Part shown: piece after piece, positions 24,556 through 37,873 of the stretch
Numbering within the stretch: position 1 is the first letter of the stretch
How the letters are laid out: each line of letters begins with the position of its first letter
Translations under genes and position numbers: made by a program
Notes under the pieces: model-generated
Seen by the model: only the letters and a program-made list of their open reading frames with translations
The model's database searches: none
What the model was told of the DNA's origin: nothing
Source of the DNA: Nageia nagi
Taxonomy: Eukaryota > Plantae > Pinophyta
DNA length: 64,000 bases
Assembly: GCA_050084985.1 (NCBI GenBank)
Contig: JBITNC010000001.1
Coordinates: forward strand, 87,296,001-87,360,000
Direction of reading: 5' to 3'

Positions 24556-26858
24556 TGTTGGATATATTGTATTCTTTGTAGGAAATAGATTGTACATCTA
24601 AATGGTGATAGTGAGAGTTCGAGAGTAACATCCCCCAAGAAAAATATTTAGGCATTTTTTATTGAATTATGTATACCATAATTTATACACACCTTAAATT
24701 ACATGTATCTCAATGTACATGCATGGTGGTTTTAGCCCATGGTTTTACACCTATTGTATTATAATACCACTTGGTATTTTAAGTTTATTTGATGTTACAA
24801 GATTCTTATATATTATATTGTAAAGTACCTTTTTTGGTATAATGATGATATTGTGGTATAATATAGAAGAGTAGTGAAGTTTTATTTTTGTTGGTCTTTC
24901 TAAGGTAAAATTTGATATCAACTTCATGAATGAATGTTATTTTTTCTTATAATTTAAGATATTATAGCACTATATTTTTAGAATAGGTTTATCAAAATCT
25001 CTTCATCTTGTATCAAATATAGGGTATTAGCTTCAAGGGGCATCCTTGTTACTAGGGTTTTATCTTAGTCTAAGAAGAGCTAGGGTGTGTAGGGTTTTTT
25101 ATACTATTATTGAGTGGGAGCTTTATACAAGTGAATCTCATGTGAATATCAATGGCTAATACTTAAAGGATTAATTTGTTTTTTTTAAATGATGGTAAGA
25201 GCTTTGAGTTATGGAAGCTAAAAATACAAGATCTACTTATGGATAGAGATCAACAAGTTATTATATTAAGAAAATCCATTGGTATGACAAAACAAAACTA
25301 GGAGAATTTGGATTCGAATGCAAAGAGTACTATTTGATTATGCCTTTCAGATTTAGTCTTGATTAATATCTCTTGATAAAATAGTATTAATGGTGTATGA
25401 GAATAGTTAGGAGCTAAATATTCTAGTCAAAGTTCTTAGTAAAAAAAACTATTTCTTTAGAAGACGTTATAATATCTTCTTCAAATGAATGATGGGGATT
25501 TTATGATAAATCATCTTAATCATTTAACATTAAAATAAGTCAATTATATTCTATTTATATTATGATGTTTGAGAAAAAGTATATTACCTTGTTATGTTCT
25601 TTACAAATCCATGAAATAATTTGGTTATAGCTATTAGTGATACTACTACAACTACTTTGAAGTTCAAGGAAGTGGTTGCATCCATCTTGTTATTAGAATA
25701 AATAAGGTAAAGTTCCATAGACCATATATCCAAGGATATCTTATTTGTAAGGGGTCATTCTTAAGATAAAAATGAGAATAGATCTAAACAATTATAAGGA
25801 AATGCTAAAAGTATGATAAAATTTGCATATAAAAAAGAATTGCAAATCTAAAAATGTTGATAAAAATAAGGAATTTGATGATGCTACTTCAATAAAAGAG
25901 AAGAAATTATAAAACATGAAATAGGTGTATACTTGGCATCTTCAAGTACACATCCATATTATGATACATGGTTGATCGAATTAGGGGCTTCTTTCCATAT
26001 GAATCCTCACATAGAATGGTTTTATGAATATGAGAAGAGTAATATAGGTGATACATTATTAGGATATCATTAAAGAAGTAGAATCATAAGATGTCAAAGG
26101 GCTAAATTAATTTTTAATATGGAAGGGTTAAAATCCTCTCTAGTGTTTTGTATATTCTTTGTTTGGCTAGAAACTTAATTTTTATGAGTAAAATAGTAAT
26201 ACAAGCATGCAACTTATGTTTGAAAAGGATACATACAAAATGGTTTAATGATCAATGGTGTTAATAAGAGGTGTTTAAAGTAGAAAATTGTATAAGTTAT
26301 TGGGTAACATTATGAGTGATTGGTACAATAGCATTATTATTCCTGAATGAGAAATGAATAAAATATATGTCCTTCCTATAGTGAATATGATGTTTTAGCA
26401 TCAAAGAATATGATATATTGGAGAAAAAGGACTTTGTACTTATACACTAATGGTTTGGTTAAAGGTATTTTTTATTGCTTTATAGGTTTTGATTTCTATG
26501 AATATTATATATATGGTAAACAAATTAAAGTAAAGTTTTCATCTAATATTGAAAAAGGAAAATGGATTTTAGATTTATTACATAATTATTTATTTGGAAC
26601 TATGCTTATTCTATCAATTGGAAAATCATTGTACTATATTCCATTTAATGATGATTTTTAAGGTACAAATGGATATATTTTCTTTGAAAGAAATTTAAGG
26701 TTTTCAAAAATTTAAAGATCTTAGACCTCTTGTAGAAAACTAAACAAAGAAGAAAATAAAGCCATTGAGAACATATAATAGTGGAAAATTTTATTCAAAT
26801 GAATTTGATTTATTTTTTAAGAAATATGGTATAGTAATAAAAAATATAACTCCATATC
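24556..26858 (+). mobile_element. Truncated Ty1/copia element (Tnt1/Tork-like): 5' LTR, gag, protease, N-terminal integrase
   Basis: Gag SFELWKLKIQDLLMDRDQ near 25200. Protease TWLIELGASFHMNPHIEWFYEYEK at ~25965-26036. Integrase ILDLLHNYLFG...IGKSLYYIPFNDDF and KIKPLRTYNSGKF. Ends abruptly at the gypsy junction. Confidence 0.85.
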
Positions 26859-29800
26859 ACATTATTACTAACTTGATATTCTCAAAAGCCTCTTTTCTTT
26901 CTAGAGCTTAGTGCAATGGTGTTTCTTTCTTCAACATCTCTATGATTGATCTTACAATTCAAGTGAAGTCTTAGATGAATTTTCTAACAAATTTAACTTG
27001 ACCTAAGAATGATTGGAGGGATTTTTTATTAAAATGAAAACTTAACTTAGAAATAGCATTTACCTAATTTAGATTAATCAACCATTCTTCCTTAGAGATG
27101 ATGTATCCCAATAGCTTTCCTTCCTCAATAGTAAAGATAAAATTCTTAAAATTTAAGGAAATATCAAACTATTGATATTTTAGGAATACTTTCCATAGGT
27201 GTTGTAGGTGGTATTTTATTTATTGAGAGAACAATATGATATTGTCCAACTAGAAAAGGATAGTTTTATTCACTAATTCTTTGAATACATGATCCATTGC
27301 TTTTTGGAGAGTAGATCCAGAATTAGATAGCCCAAAGGGCATCCTTTTCAATTCAAAGGTTCCCCAATTTATGGAAAATGTCATTATGTATTGGTATTCA
27401 TCCTTTACCCATACCTAGTTATAATTGTAAAATCCATCAATCAAGGAGAAACATTTTGCACTAGTAATAATCTGTAAAATTTGCTTCATTGGTGGTAAGG
27501 GATAATTATCATTTAAGGATCCTTTATTTTAGGTACTAAAAATACACACAAATCCTTATGTACCTATTCTTATTCCTTAGTGGAATTAAGTTCAATGCTA
27601 ACTAAGTTGAATATTTGATTAGCTAGATGATGTTAGCATTGAAGAGTTTCAATACTTCCTGCTTAATAGTTGTTTCAATCAAGGGATTGACTAGTATTTT
27701 TTTTTTTTCTAGATTGGTCTTACATCATCTATAAGCTCTATGGTATGTTGAATAATCTCTTTGTTATAAAATTTTAAATTTTCATATGACCAATTTATGA
27801 TCCCAAAAAACTCTTAACATAGTTCCACAATCTTCCTTATTTCCTATGGGCCATTCTTCTTACCAACATTCAAAACCTTTTTGGAAGTTATTTCCACATG
27901 TTAAAAGGAATTTTCTTTAATCAATAGTCCTCTTTTATTTGCACTACCTTCTTGGTCGAATATTTTCTCAAAAGAAACAATGCCCTTGGGGAATGCATTA
28001 TTTTGTAATTGTATAATATCTTGCTCCTAGTATTTATGGCTTGGGAGTTCCAACATAAAAGCTCTTCAATAAGAAAGTTTTGATATGTTGATCATCATTA
28101 AATAATTATTAGAAGCATTCATTATTTATCATTAAGGGCTTGTATCACCTTTATACCTTTTTTGTTGAAATGATAATCTATTGGATCAATCTTTGCTCCC
28201 TTTTGGGCTAATGCATCTGCCTCCTAATTTTCCAACCTAGGAATAGCCATGCAATTAATAAAATAGAAACTCTAAAAGAGATCCTAAACTTTGTTTTTAT
28301 ATGCTTTTTAGTAATGATGTTTGATTGATAACTTGTTAGTGAATTGGTTGATTACTAGTTCAAAGTCTTCGAATATCTAAATACATTAAATGCCTATTTT
28401 GGTGGCCTAATCCAACCTTAGGCATAAATCTTCATACTTAGTTGCATTATTAGTGCAGCTCCATATGAACCAAATGCAAATTTCTTTATTCTTTCTAAGG
28501 GATATTTTAACACTATTCTAGCTCTTGCTCTAATCTTGGATCTAGCACCATCAAAGTGCATATCCCATACTTTTGAACCTCTTAGTTGATGTTATATCAA
28601 GGCTAGTACTAAATTATCCATCTCAATGATAACATATTTTTTAGATTCAACTTCTACTAAATTTAATAAATTCATGGTATTTTCATCTTCAATATGTAGT
28701 TCCTCAATCAATCGATCAAGCTCTTTTGCTCCATAGTATATCATATTTACTTGATGCATATTTTCCATACAAAAAGGATATGTAGATTCATTAAATATTT
28801 TCACCTTCTTATCCTTACATGGAACCATGTTACATGTGTAATCCATGGCTAAGTAACCCCCAAGTTTAGTAGTGAACTCTCTAGATAGGCAAATCCTAAA
28901 TAGAGCTAGTAGGTCCATCACTATAATATCTTGGATCATTGATATCTTTGTATACTTATACAATATCATTCCCACATCTTTGATCACACCAATTTTCTTC
29001 ACATTGGTTCTGTTAAGCTGCAACACTCCATTTGAAGTTCTTATACATTCTATAAGCATTACATCTACAATCTTATTAGGTGTGATGGTTGTTGAAGCTC
29101 CATAATTGATCAAATAATTATGCACTACATGGCCTTTTATTTGCAAAGATATGTAGAAAGGTGGAGTATAATTTTTCCCATTCTCGTAAGCTTAATGATA
29201 ACTTATAAATTATATTCAAACATATCTACATCCTTATTTGAGGTAAATAAGGTTACTTTAAGGAGATCAATTTGCTCAGTAATATGTAAGGCATCAAATA
29301 ACAAGATTCAAGAAGGAGTTCATTTTAGTTCTTCAACAATATTGTAAGAGCTTAGGGTTATGGGCCTACCTTCTTTATTAGGAACCTTTTTTGGAATTAT
29401 TGGACTACTTCATCTTGATGTGCTTGAGTTACTGATGGGAACCAAAATACTTTAGTAGCCTTATTTCTTTAATCAATGAACTATTCATTTTCTTTGGCCA
29501 TATCAGTTTTACTACTCCTAGCAGTCTACAGAGCTTTGCATTTGATTGGTTCCTTATAATATTCTATTGATTTCCCTTTCAAAGGTACTTATATGATCTC
29601 TTTAGAAGAGGCTTGACTTAAGGATGAGGTTGGGATCTTTGAACCTTCTTTTCATGGCTTCTTGTAACTTTTAATTTTAATAGTAAAAATACTAACATTA
29701 GTTGAACTTATATTTATAAAATTTATTTTTGGAGCCTCAAAATTCATGCATTCACACATGAAACCTCTATTAGCTACTCATTACAATTGATATTGATATG

Positions 29801-32772
29801 TTGGGTATGATTCTTACACATGAGAATCATTTCAAGTTATATACCAGTGTAAACATTGAGTGTATCATACCTCAAGTGATAAATGAAATCATAGTATTTA
29901 TTCCTTTATTACATAGGGGAATATCATTTTTTATCATCCATCAAATATTCAATTTCTCTTTAGGATGATGATCTAACTATCCATACTTTAGAGCATAGCT
30001 TTGAGCTCATTAATCTCTATCTACATGGAACTTTCCCCTTGAGCTTTTATACTTAAGGGGGTATCAGTAAAGCAATAGGTATGTTTGGTGTTAGAAGTGC
30101 TAATCATATTTTGGAGTTGATAACTGATTTGATAACTTTTTCGCTTTGGAGTTTCCCAAAAATGGATGATACACTCTAAGTATCTTAATAAGAGGGGAAG
30201 AAAATGAAGTTGATAATATTTGGTTCTCCTTAGGGAGTATAACATATGGGTTAAAAGGAGAAGTGATTCTATGTAGAAGTTTCCTCATAATGATAAGTGA
30301 TATTTCAATTGTTATTACCACTCGTTATAGTTTTATGAAGATAATTTCTTTGAATATCTCACTTTTTAGGACCAAAATAGGTGAAAGAAGACCTTAAGAA
30401 GTACATGTATGCAATTGATATCAAGGGTTTTATTTAAGCTAAAATTACACTTTAAGTTTTTCCAAAATGGATACTAAACTCTATGATAGACTCTTGTGCA
30501 TGCCTTATAATTTTAGTGAAATGAGTGAATAAGGAGTATCAATCTCCTATTTCATCAAATTCCTTGATAAAAGGTTTAGCTAACTAATATCAATTGGTTA
30601 TAGAGCTATATGGTAGGCATTTGTACAAAATAGTATTTTCCCATTGAAATAATGGGCTAAAAACCCTCACTATTATATATTCTTGAGTGATATTATGTAT
30701 TTTACTTATGGCAATCACATCAAGATAGTGCTCATATGTCATCTTCTCAGTACCATCATAATTTGGAAGGGATTTAAAAGGGTTAGATAGAATGGTTGTT
30801 ACATTTATCAAAGTTAATGGACCTATCGTATTCCACTTTAGGTAGATTCATTTTGTTACTTGAGTTGTCATTATAGCTATCGTGTTTAACGATCATAGTA
30901 GGGTTCAAGTAAGAGGTATTTCTTGAATTGGGATGTTAGTTAAGGACTTAGTCCTTACGATAGTTTTCTTCCCTTTTAGATAAAGTTCATAAAACTCAAG
31001 AAGATATTTACTTGACATAGCCTAAGATCTTGTGAATATAAACTCAATTTTAAAATTTAGCAAGATTCTATCTCACGAATGAGTTCTTTCCCAAAGTTGA
31101 TTGCATTTGAGATAATAGCAATGAACACAACTAATCTTATTTTGCAGAGTCACCAATAATATCCTTATAAATCTTAATCTTTGAAAATGGATGGGATGTT
31201 ATCCCACTGGGCATACCATAAAAGTGACTATTAATTGAGATTATGTAATATTCATTCACTTGTGAATCAAAATCAATTGAATCACTAGGGATGAACCACT
31301 TTTCATAGTTTAACCTTTGGGATGATGTTTGATACCTTATCTATTGGGATAGAGTCCTTTTAGGGGAGGGTTTGCTACACTACTATCTGAAAGCGTAGGG
31401 TGCAAGAGAGAGATAAAAGATGAAAGTGCAAGAAAGTAATTAAAATGAACATCCTTGACCAACATATGCTTCCTTAAGCATAATTAATAGAAAGACATAT
31501 AAATTAATAGCCATAAATTATATCACCTTAACTAGTAATAATAGCTAGATATGAAATTAACAAATACTAACTCAATATTCATCTATGAAGTTGTAAAGCA
31601 TACATAAAAATATACATAATAATTTAAGCACATACATGAACAAATAGTGGATGAAAGGTCAAACATGTCATAACTGTATTCAAAAAATAGCCTTAGTAAA
31701 ATTACATAGTAAAAACACTTAAATGTACAACCCTTATTACATTGAATTGCCATATATTTATAGGAAGGAATATACCAAAATATCCTAACTAAACTTAAGC
31801 TCTAACTACTACTAAAACTCATTGTTTGGTTACATTGAAGCTAGCCTTTAAAGAAAGCTAAAACTAAACTTGGAGAAATCCTCCAAAACACTATAGTATT
31901 CCCTTCATTCGGCATGCATGGTTCTACTAACTTGGTCATGCTCTTTAGCTACTCCACTCCTAAGTAGACTCTTTTAATACTTACTACCATTATAATGGCT
32001 CCCTCTCCCAAGATTGCTTTGGGGACTTCATTGGGCAAGTTTACTAGCCTTTTGGGCTTTTGCATATCTAATCATGGATAAACTCTAGCTTTTTCCTCCT
32101 TCTAAGATTTATACTCCCATTTGTTGATGTCATCACTCTCTCCCTCCCATAATTAGTTTAAAACTAGTTATTGAAGCCTCATTGATGTCATCATCTTGGT
32201 TTACTAACTATCCAAACTCATGAATGCTTTCCTTATCTTCATACTTAAGCTTTAAATATATATCGGGTGTTCAACTTCTTGTTGTTGACATCATCATCTG
32301 AAATTAGTGAAAAATTCATTATTCTAACCTTTCTAACATCATTGCTTTAGCTAACTAACAATTTAGCCTCTCACATGCTCTTTCCACTTCCATATTGTAC
32401 TTTTAAATACCTCTTGGGTGTTAGACTTAATGTTGTTGGTGTCAATTTCTTCAAACCCCCAAAATCAATTCAACCTTTGCTCTCTTGGTGTGGGTGATGT
32501 CATTTGTTGAGGGGCTCTCAGGACTTTTGTTACTTTTCTTACTAGAACCATTCTTTTCATTTAGTGATGTTAGTTGGTTTGTCGATCCAAACTTAGACTA
32601 TTCTTTGAGATTTGATGACCTTATTACATCATGACAATAATAGATTTTCCTTATATTCTAAATATCAATACTTTGCCCATCAAGTGTTGATATCACTATT
32701 AAAGTACTCATAGATTTAGAGTATTTTAAACTCCTTTACCTCTTGAGTGTTTTCATTATTCTTTTTCCTAAC
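26859..32772 (-). mobile_element. Ty3/gypsy Tat-lineage (TatII-like) retrotransposon, 3'-truncated: LTR, PBS, gag, protease, archaeal-type RNase H, RT
   Basis: Minus-strand order: LTR ~32772-31222; PBS TGGTATGCCCAGTGGGA at 31218-31202; gag (ORF 30590-30811); protease (ORF 28592-29146, HNYLINYGAST); aRH VWDMHFDGA...CTNN...IPRLEN*EADALA at ~28570-28200; RT WGTFELKRMPFGLSNSGSTLQKAMDHVF at ~27370-27285. Confidence 0.88.
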
Positions 32773-32882
32773 ATCATCATATGATATTGCTATTTTTTCT
32801 TATGTTTAAGATTTTGCATGACCTTAGGAGGGTTTATATAGTGCACACTCAAAATATTTCATACTTAGATCCTCAAAGTAAA

Positions 32883-32908
32883 TACATACATGCACATATA
32901 CATATACA

Positions 32909-32955
<47 letters not shown>

Positions 32956-32966
32956 TTACATATATA
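32883..32966. repeat. Compound (TACA)n/(TA)n microsatellite
   Basis: Directly visible run. Confidence 0.9.
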
Positions 32967-32974
32967 GAAATTAT

Positions 32975-35620
32975 AGTGGGCATTAATCTAGATCATGTTA
33001 CATTTGTTAGTGTGTTATCTCCATGTAGCCATGAAGGTTTAGTGAAATAGGCCTATCAATACTTCAAATTCATGAATGATTATTATCATATTACATCCAC
33101 AACAAAATACTAGATATGTATGATTGACCTTCTTGGTCGTGTTGGGCATAGTAAAAAGCCTTAAGAAATAACATGCCAATAAAACTTGATGTAATTATGA
33201 TAATGACCAAGAATTAGACTTATTTTCTAAAGCTTGCAACTAAACTACTTCTCTCCCTTTATTTACTTTCTAACCTTTTTTAGATAGGATTATATATTTA
33301 AACCAAGTGCTTCAAGTCCATATGACTCATAATAAATAAAAACCTATTAAGCTTAGTAACATGTATAGACAATGGACCATAGGGAAGAGATGCCTCATTT
33401 TCATTATTTTTAGCATATGGAATCATGTGATATATTATCTTACTTTGTTCAAAAATAATTGCATGAATTTTTTTATATACTATCAGTCATGAACACTTTA
33501 AGCATGGGATGCAATACTTAGATAACATTTACAACTTTCTAGTTGCAATATATCAACTTTATTTCATAATCTTTGAACCAATAATTAAACAATGTTGAAT
33601 CCAAAAACCTTATGCTTTTTCTCCATGTAAACTTAAATTTAAAGTCAAATTCAATAATTTCATGGATTGTAATGATAGTAGGTTATGCAAGGAATGGTTA
33701 TACAATAAATTATTGTAAGGAATACCAATCATTTTCACCACTTTAAAGATAGATAGTATTCATGTGATGTTTGTTGGTGATTGACTAAAGGATATTTGCT
33801 ATGAAAACACAATAAAGGTTTTTCTATAAAATGGTTTACTTTAAAAAATAGAGTAGAATTCAAAAAATGTATGCGTTATCCCCATCTAAGCTAAGAGTTA
33901 AAGTGAACAATATGACATATAATCTAATATTTCAAGATCTCTAATGCTAGCATCTATTATGAGATTTATTAGATTTAATGTAGTCTCCATGGATTTCTTT
34001 ATGTAAATTATGATGAAGACACCTTCAACTTATTTGTAAATATATTTCTTCATAAATTATGTATTATGCATACGTTACCTCAAAAGTACACAATTTACAA
34101 AAAATACAAAAGGAGGACCTAGTACACAAAAAATGCAATTGATTAGTTTTATACCAAATTCAATAACCTTTGTAAGTATTATTCATGTATGTGTAACTTT
34201 TGTAGCTTTTAAATGGGGCATGGATACTCATGGATAAATAACTAGAAGTGGGTTTCTTTTGCATACAATTATGGTAATATCCCTAATAGACATGTATTCA
34301 AAATATGGGAGCATTAAGTAGAAAAGCATTTTATTTGATAACATGTGTACAAGATAAATAATTTTATGGAATGCAGTAATTACATGATATGTAAGGAATG
34401 GTTGTAGCAAAGAAGCCATAAAACTATTTGAATAAATCAAATATATGGGCATTAATCCAAATGATGTTACATGTTTTACTGTATTATCTTCATGTAGCCA
34501 TGCAAGTCTAGTGAAAAAGAGATATCAATATTTAAAATTTATGATTGATTATTATCGTATTACACCTATAATAAATGCATAATACATGCTTCTTGGTCAT
34601 GTTGAGAATATAGATGAAGCAAATGACTATATAAATAACATACTAATAAAACTTCATGCTACAATGTGGAGTTATTTGCTTAATACAAAGACTAGTTTAT
34701 AGGAAATTATGGAGTTGTTCACATTGTAATAAACCATTAACTTATCTTCCTCGCCTCATTTTTTCATATGCATATTTTATTGGGTTTGCTACCAATTTGT
34801 ATGGTAAACCCCAAATAACAACTATAATAACCAATTATTACATAGTACATAAATAATTTTGCTCAATTTTGTTATCAAATGCATATGCAGGTAAACCCCC
34901 AAACCTAATTACATTAGCAGATAAACCCTTACTCACATGACTTATTTAATCGTATGCCTATTTTTCTTCATTTTGTTACCAATTTGAGCAGTAAGTTGCT
35001 AAACTAAATGTGTGTTTATTTTACATGCAATTATGATAATAACCTTGATAGACATGTATGCAAAATATGAGAGTATTAAGATAGTAAGGGTTTTATTTAA
35101 GAAGATGTGTTATGAACAAATAATTCCATGGAAATCAATATATATCAAGTGATAAAGGGATATCAATAACTTCAAGTGTGATAATAACCCTAATATACAT
35201 ATATGCAAAATATGGGAGCATTGATATGATAGGGATTTTATTTGACAAGATGCATTATGAACAAACAATTCCATTGAAAGTAATGCAAGTCTAGTGATAA
35301 AGGGATATTAATTACTTCAAATTATGAATGAATATTACACCCATAATGAATGAAATTATAAAATGCATGTATGGTTGACCTTCATGGTCATTTTGGGTAT
35401 CTAGATGAATCAAAAGACTTTATAAATAACATGCCAATAAAATATTATGTTGTAGTATGGAATTATTTGCTTAGTACTTTGACTAGTTTGTAGGTAATGG
35501 TGATGGAGTTATTTTTCTTGTAGTGATAAACCTTAACTTGCCTTCCTCCTTTCATTTTCTCATATGGTATTTTTTTTTGTTTTTCTACCAATTTGGGTAG
35601 TAAATGTTGAGCATGTACTA
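32975..35620 (+). pseudogene. Cluster of decayed PLS-class PPR gene fragments (three partial copies)
   Basis: 32978-33200 reads GINLDHVTFVSVLSPCSHEGLV...CMIDLLGRVGH. 34150-34690 reads PNSITFVSII...SLIDMYSKYGSI...LSSCSHASLV...MWSYLLNT. 35030-35480 reads LIDMYAKYESI...NNMPIKYYVVVWNYLLST. All contain many stops. Confidence 0.85.
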
Positions 35621-36180
35621 AGTTTTGGTAATGCATGATACTTGAACCCTTTTTTATATTTTTCTAAATGTTAATTGTTATGATACTTTTAAACCATTGT
35701 ATTTTGATCTATTAGGTCGATTAATAACCACCATTGATAATATGTGTTGTAGGTATAGTATTATGGTGTATCCCATGTGTGATATTATATACTATTTTTT
35801 ATATATTTACAATAAAATCCAAAGTGAAAGATATTTTAGAGGTAAGTAATGCCCTTGAGAAAAATAAAGATACAAAGCATGTTAATGAAATTATTGGTAT
35901 TATCGATAATATTATAAATTAGAATGATAAAATTATAATTTCTTGCTTAGTTATTAAATGAACAAGTTAACAACATTGCCTAAGATAGTGATGATATATT
36001 TCTTAACAATGATCATATTTTCATTAATGTTAATATTGTTGATGGTGTCATTATAAATTATCTTATTATTGCTCATTTTAATAATGATAGTGAAGATAAT
36101 ATTGATATAATTCATGATGTTGCTTCCTTTGAAAAATAAAAATTAATGGTTTCTAATAATGATGATAGACTTTATAAGTT

Positions 36181-37873
36181 AAAAATGGTTGAGTGAGGTA
36201 GAGGAACGTAGCAAGTGTTTACAACAGGGGAAGAAGCAGATGAGGTTGATGATGATGGAAGTGGCTGTCATCTAGCAGGTTTGGGTGGTGTTGTCCTCAC
36301 TAGATCAAGTTCTCTATGAGTTGATCTCATGGATAAAGTTCATTTATGTCCAATCTTAGGCATTTTTAATGAAAAAATTAAGGCATTAGGGGTTTATCTT
36401 GCTACTTTGATGGCCAACAAGGGTTTACCTGATGGTCTTAATTATAGTTTGTATTGGAAGGTTGTATGTATTCATTGGTCTTGTTCATAGAAGATTCAAA
36501 ACTATGGTTGGATGATGAATGAGGGATGCTAGAAGCATCTGTGGGGTTGATCCATTATATTTTGAACATGGTCCTCTAGAAGGGGAGGATCTATTTGTTG
36601 ATGATGCCCTATGGGGCTATTTGGCTTAGGTTCATTAGAAGCAAGGTTGTATGCAAGATCCTTAGGATAATTTTTAAAGAATATTTAGTATCCTTTACAT
36701 CTAAATATTGAAGTCAGCAACCCCATCCTTTGATCCATCAGAAGTTGGGAAGTTTCTAAGATCTCTTGAAGTTTGAAACTTTATTGTTAGCATATTTGTT
36801 AATGGGGTAGCTTCAAGAATCTTTTTTAAATCAAGTACATCATCTTGGAAGGATCTCTTCAACCTTGCTATATTATGGAGAAGGGTCCTTTGGGGCCTCT
36901 ATTCTTATTGATTTAGCCTTTCCTATGCAACTACTAAGTCTGTATGGTAGCCAGGGATGAAAGGATATGTCATCTTTGATGTATCTAGGGAGATTGCTAA
37001 ACATTGGAGGGATGGTGGTCAATGTGTCTCTATTTCTTTCTATTGGAGATATGTGTCAATCAAGGGTTGGATTGTATGGGTAGTATTTTCCTTCATTGAT
37101 AAGTGACCTTGAGTTCATTGGGCTAATTTTGACTTGAATGATGTATGGGCATGGTTTAGGGGGTTTGGACCCAACTTGAGTAGTGTATAAGCATTTCTTA
37201 GGGATCTCACACTATGACTAAGTAATGTATGGGTGTTTTTTGGTGGTCTCTCACTGTGACTGAGCTTCTTATGGGATTTTCTTGGAGGATTCTCTTTGAG
37301 ATTAAACAATATGTGGGAATTGGTTTGGACTCTTATCATTTCTAAATGATGTATGAACATTGTTTGGAATGATGGTAGAGGTATCAATTGAATGTAAAAT
37401 AGCATATTGGATTCTTGATAGGTTGAGAAGCTCTTAAATACCATAAGAAACTAATGCAAGTCAACTTAAGGTACTACAAAGTTTGGGGCTTGGATACCCT
37501 AAGTGAGAGAAACTGTTTACCATTGACAAAATTTTGTTGGTATTTTCTCCCTATCCTTTTGGCCCTTAAAATCCTTCACTATCGTTTGTTCCTTTTGGAA
37601 AATTTTGATATTTATCTTATGATTTTTCTATTTTCATCTTGATGGGAATCTCAGATTCCCTAGTTCTTCTTAAGCTTTTAGGTGTTATTTTCAATTTTGA
37701 AGTTATTTTGGTAATTATTTGTTGCTAAATTTGAATTTGGATTTTTAGAATTGGCCACCTATCAAATTGAGTCTCTCTTGTGAGCTCAATTGTAATATCT
37801 TATTAGGTTTTGGCTATGTAAAAGGCTAGGATTCCTTTCAAAAATTCATCCTCCAATCTAATTGAAAAAAAAA
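36181..37873 (+). mobile_element. 5'-truncated non-LTR retrotransposon (L1-like) with poly(A) tail and 17-bp TSD
   Basis: GATAGACTTTATAAGTT occurs at 36164-36180 and 37874-37890, with an A9 tail at 37865-37873. The interior is Trp-rich decayed coding-like sequence; no RT motif was resolved. Confidence 0.8.
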
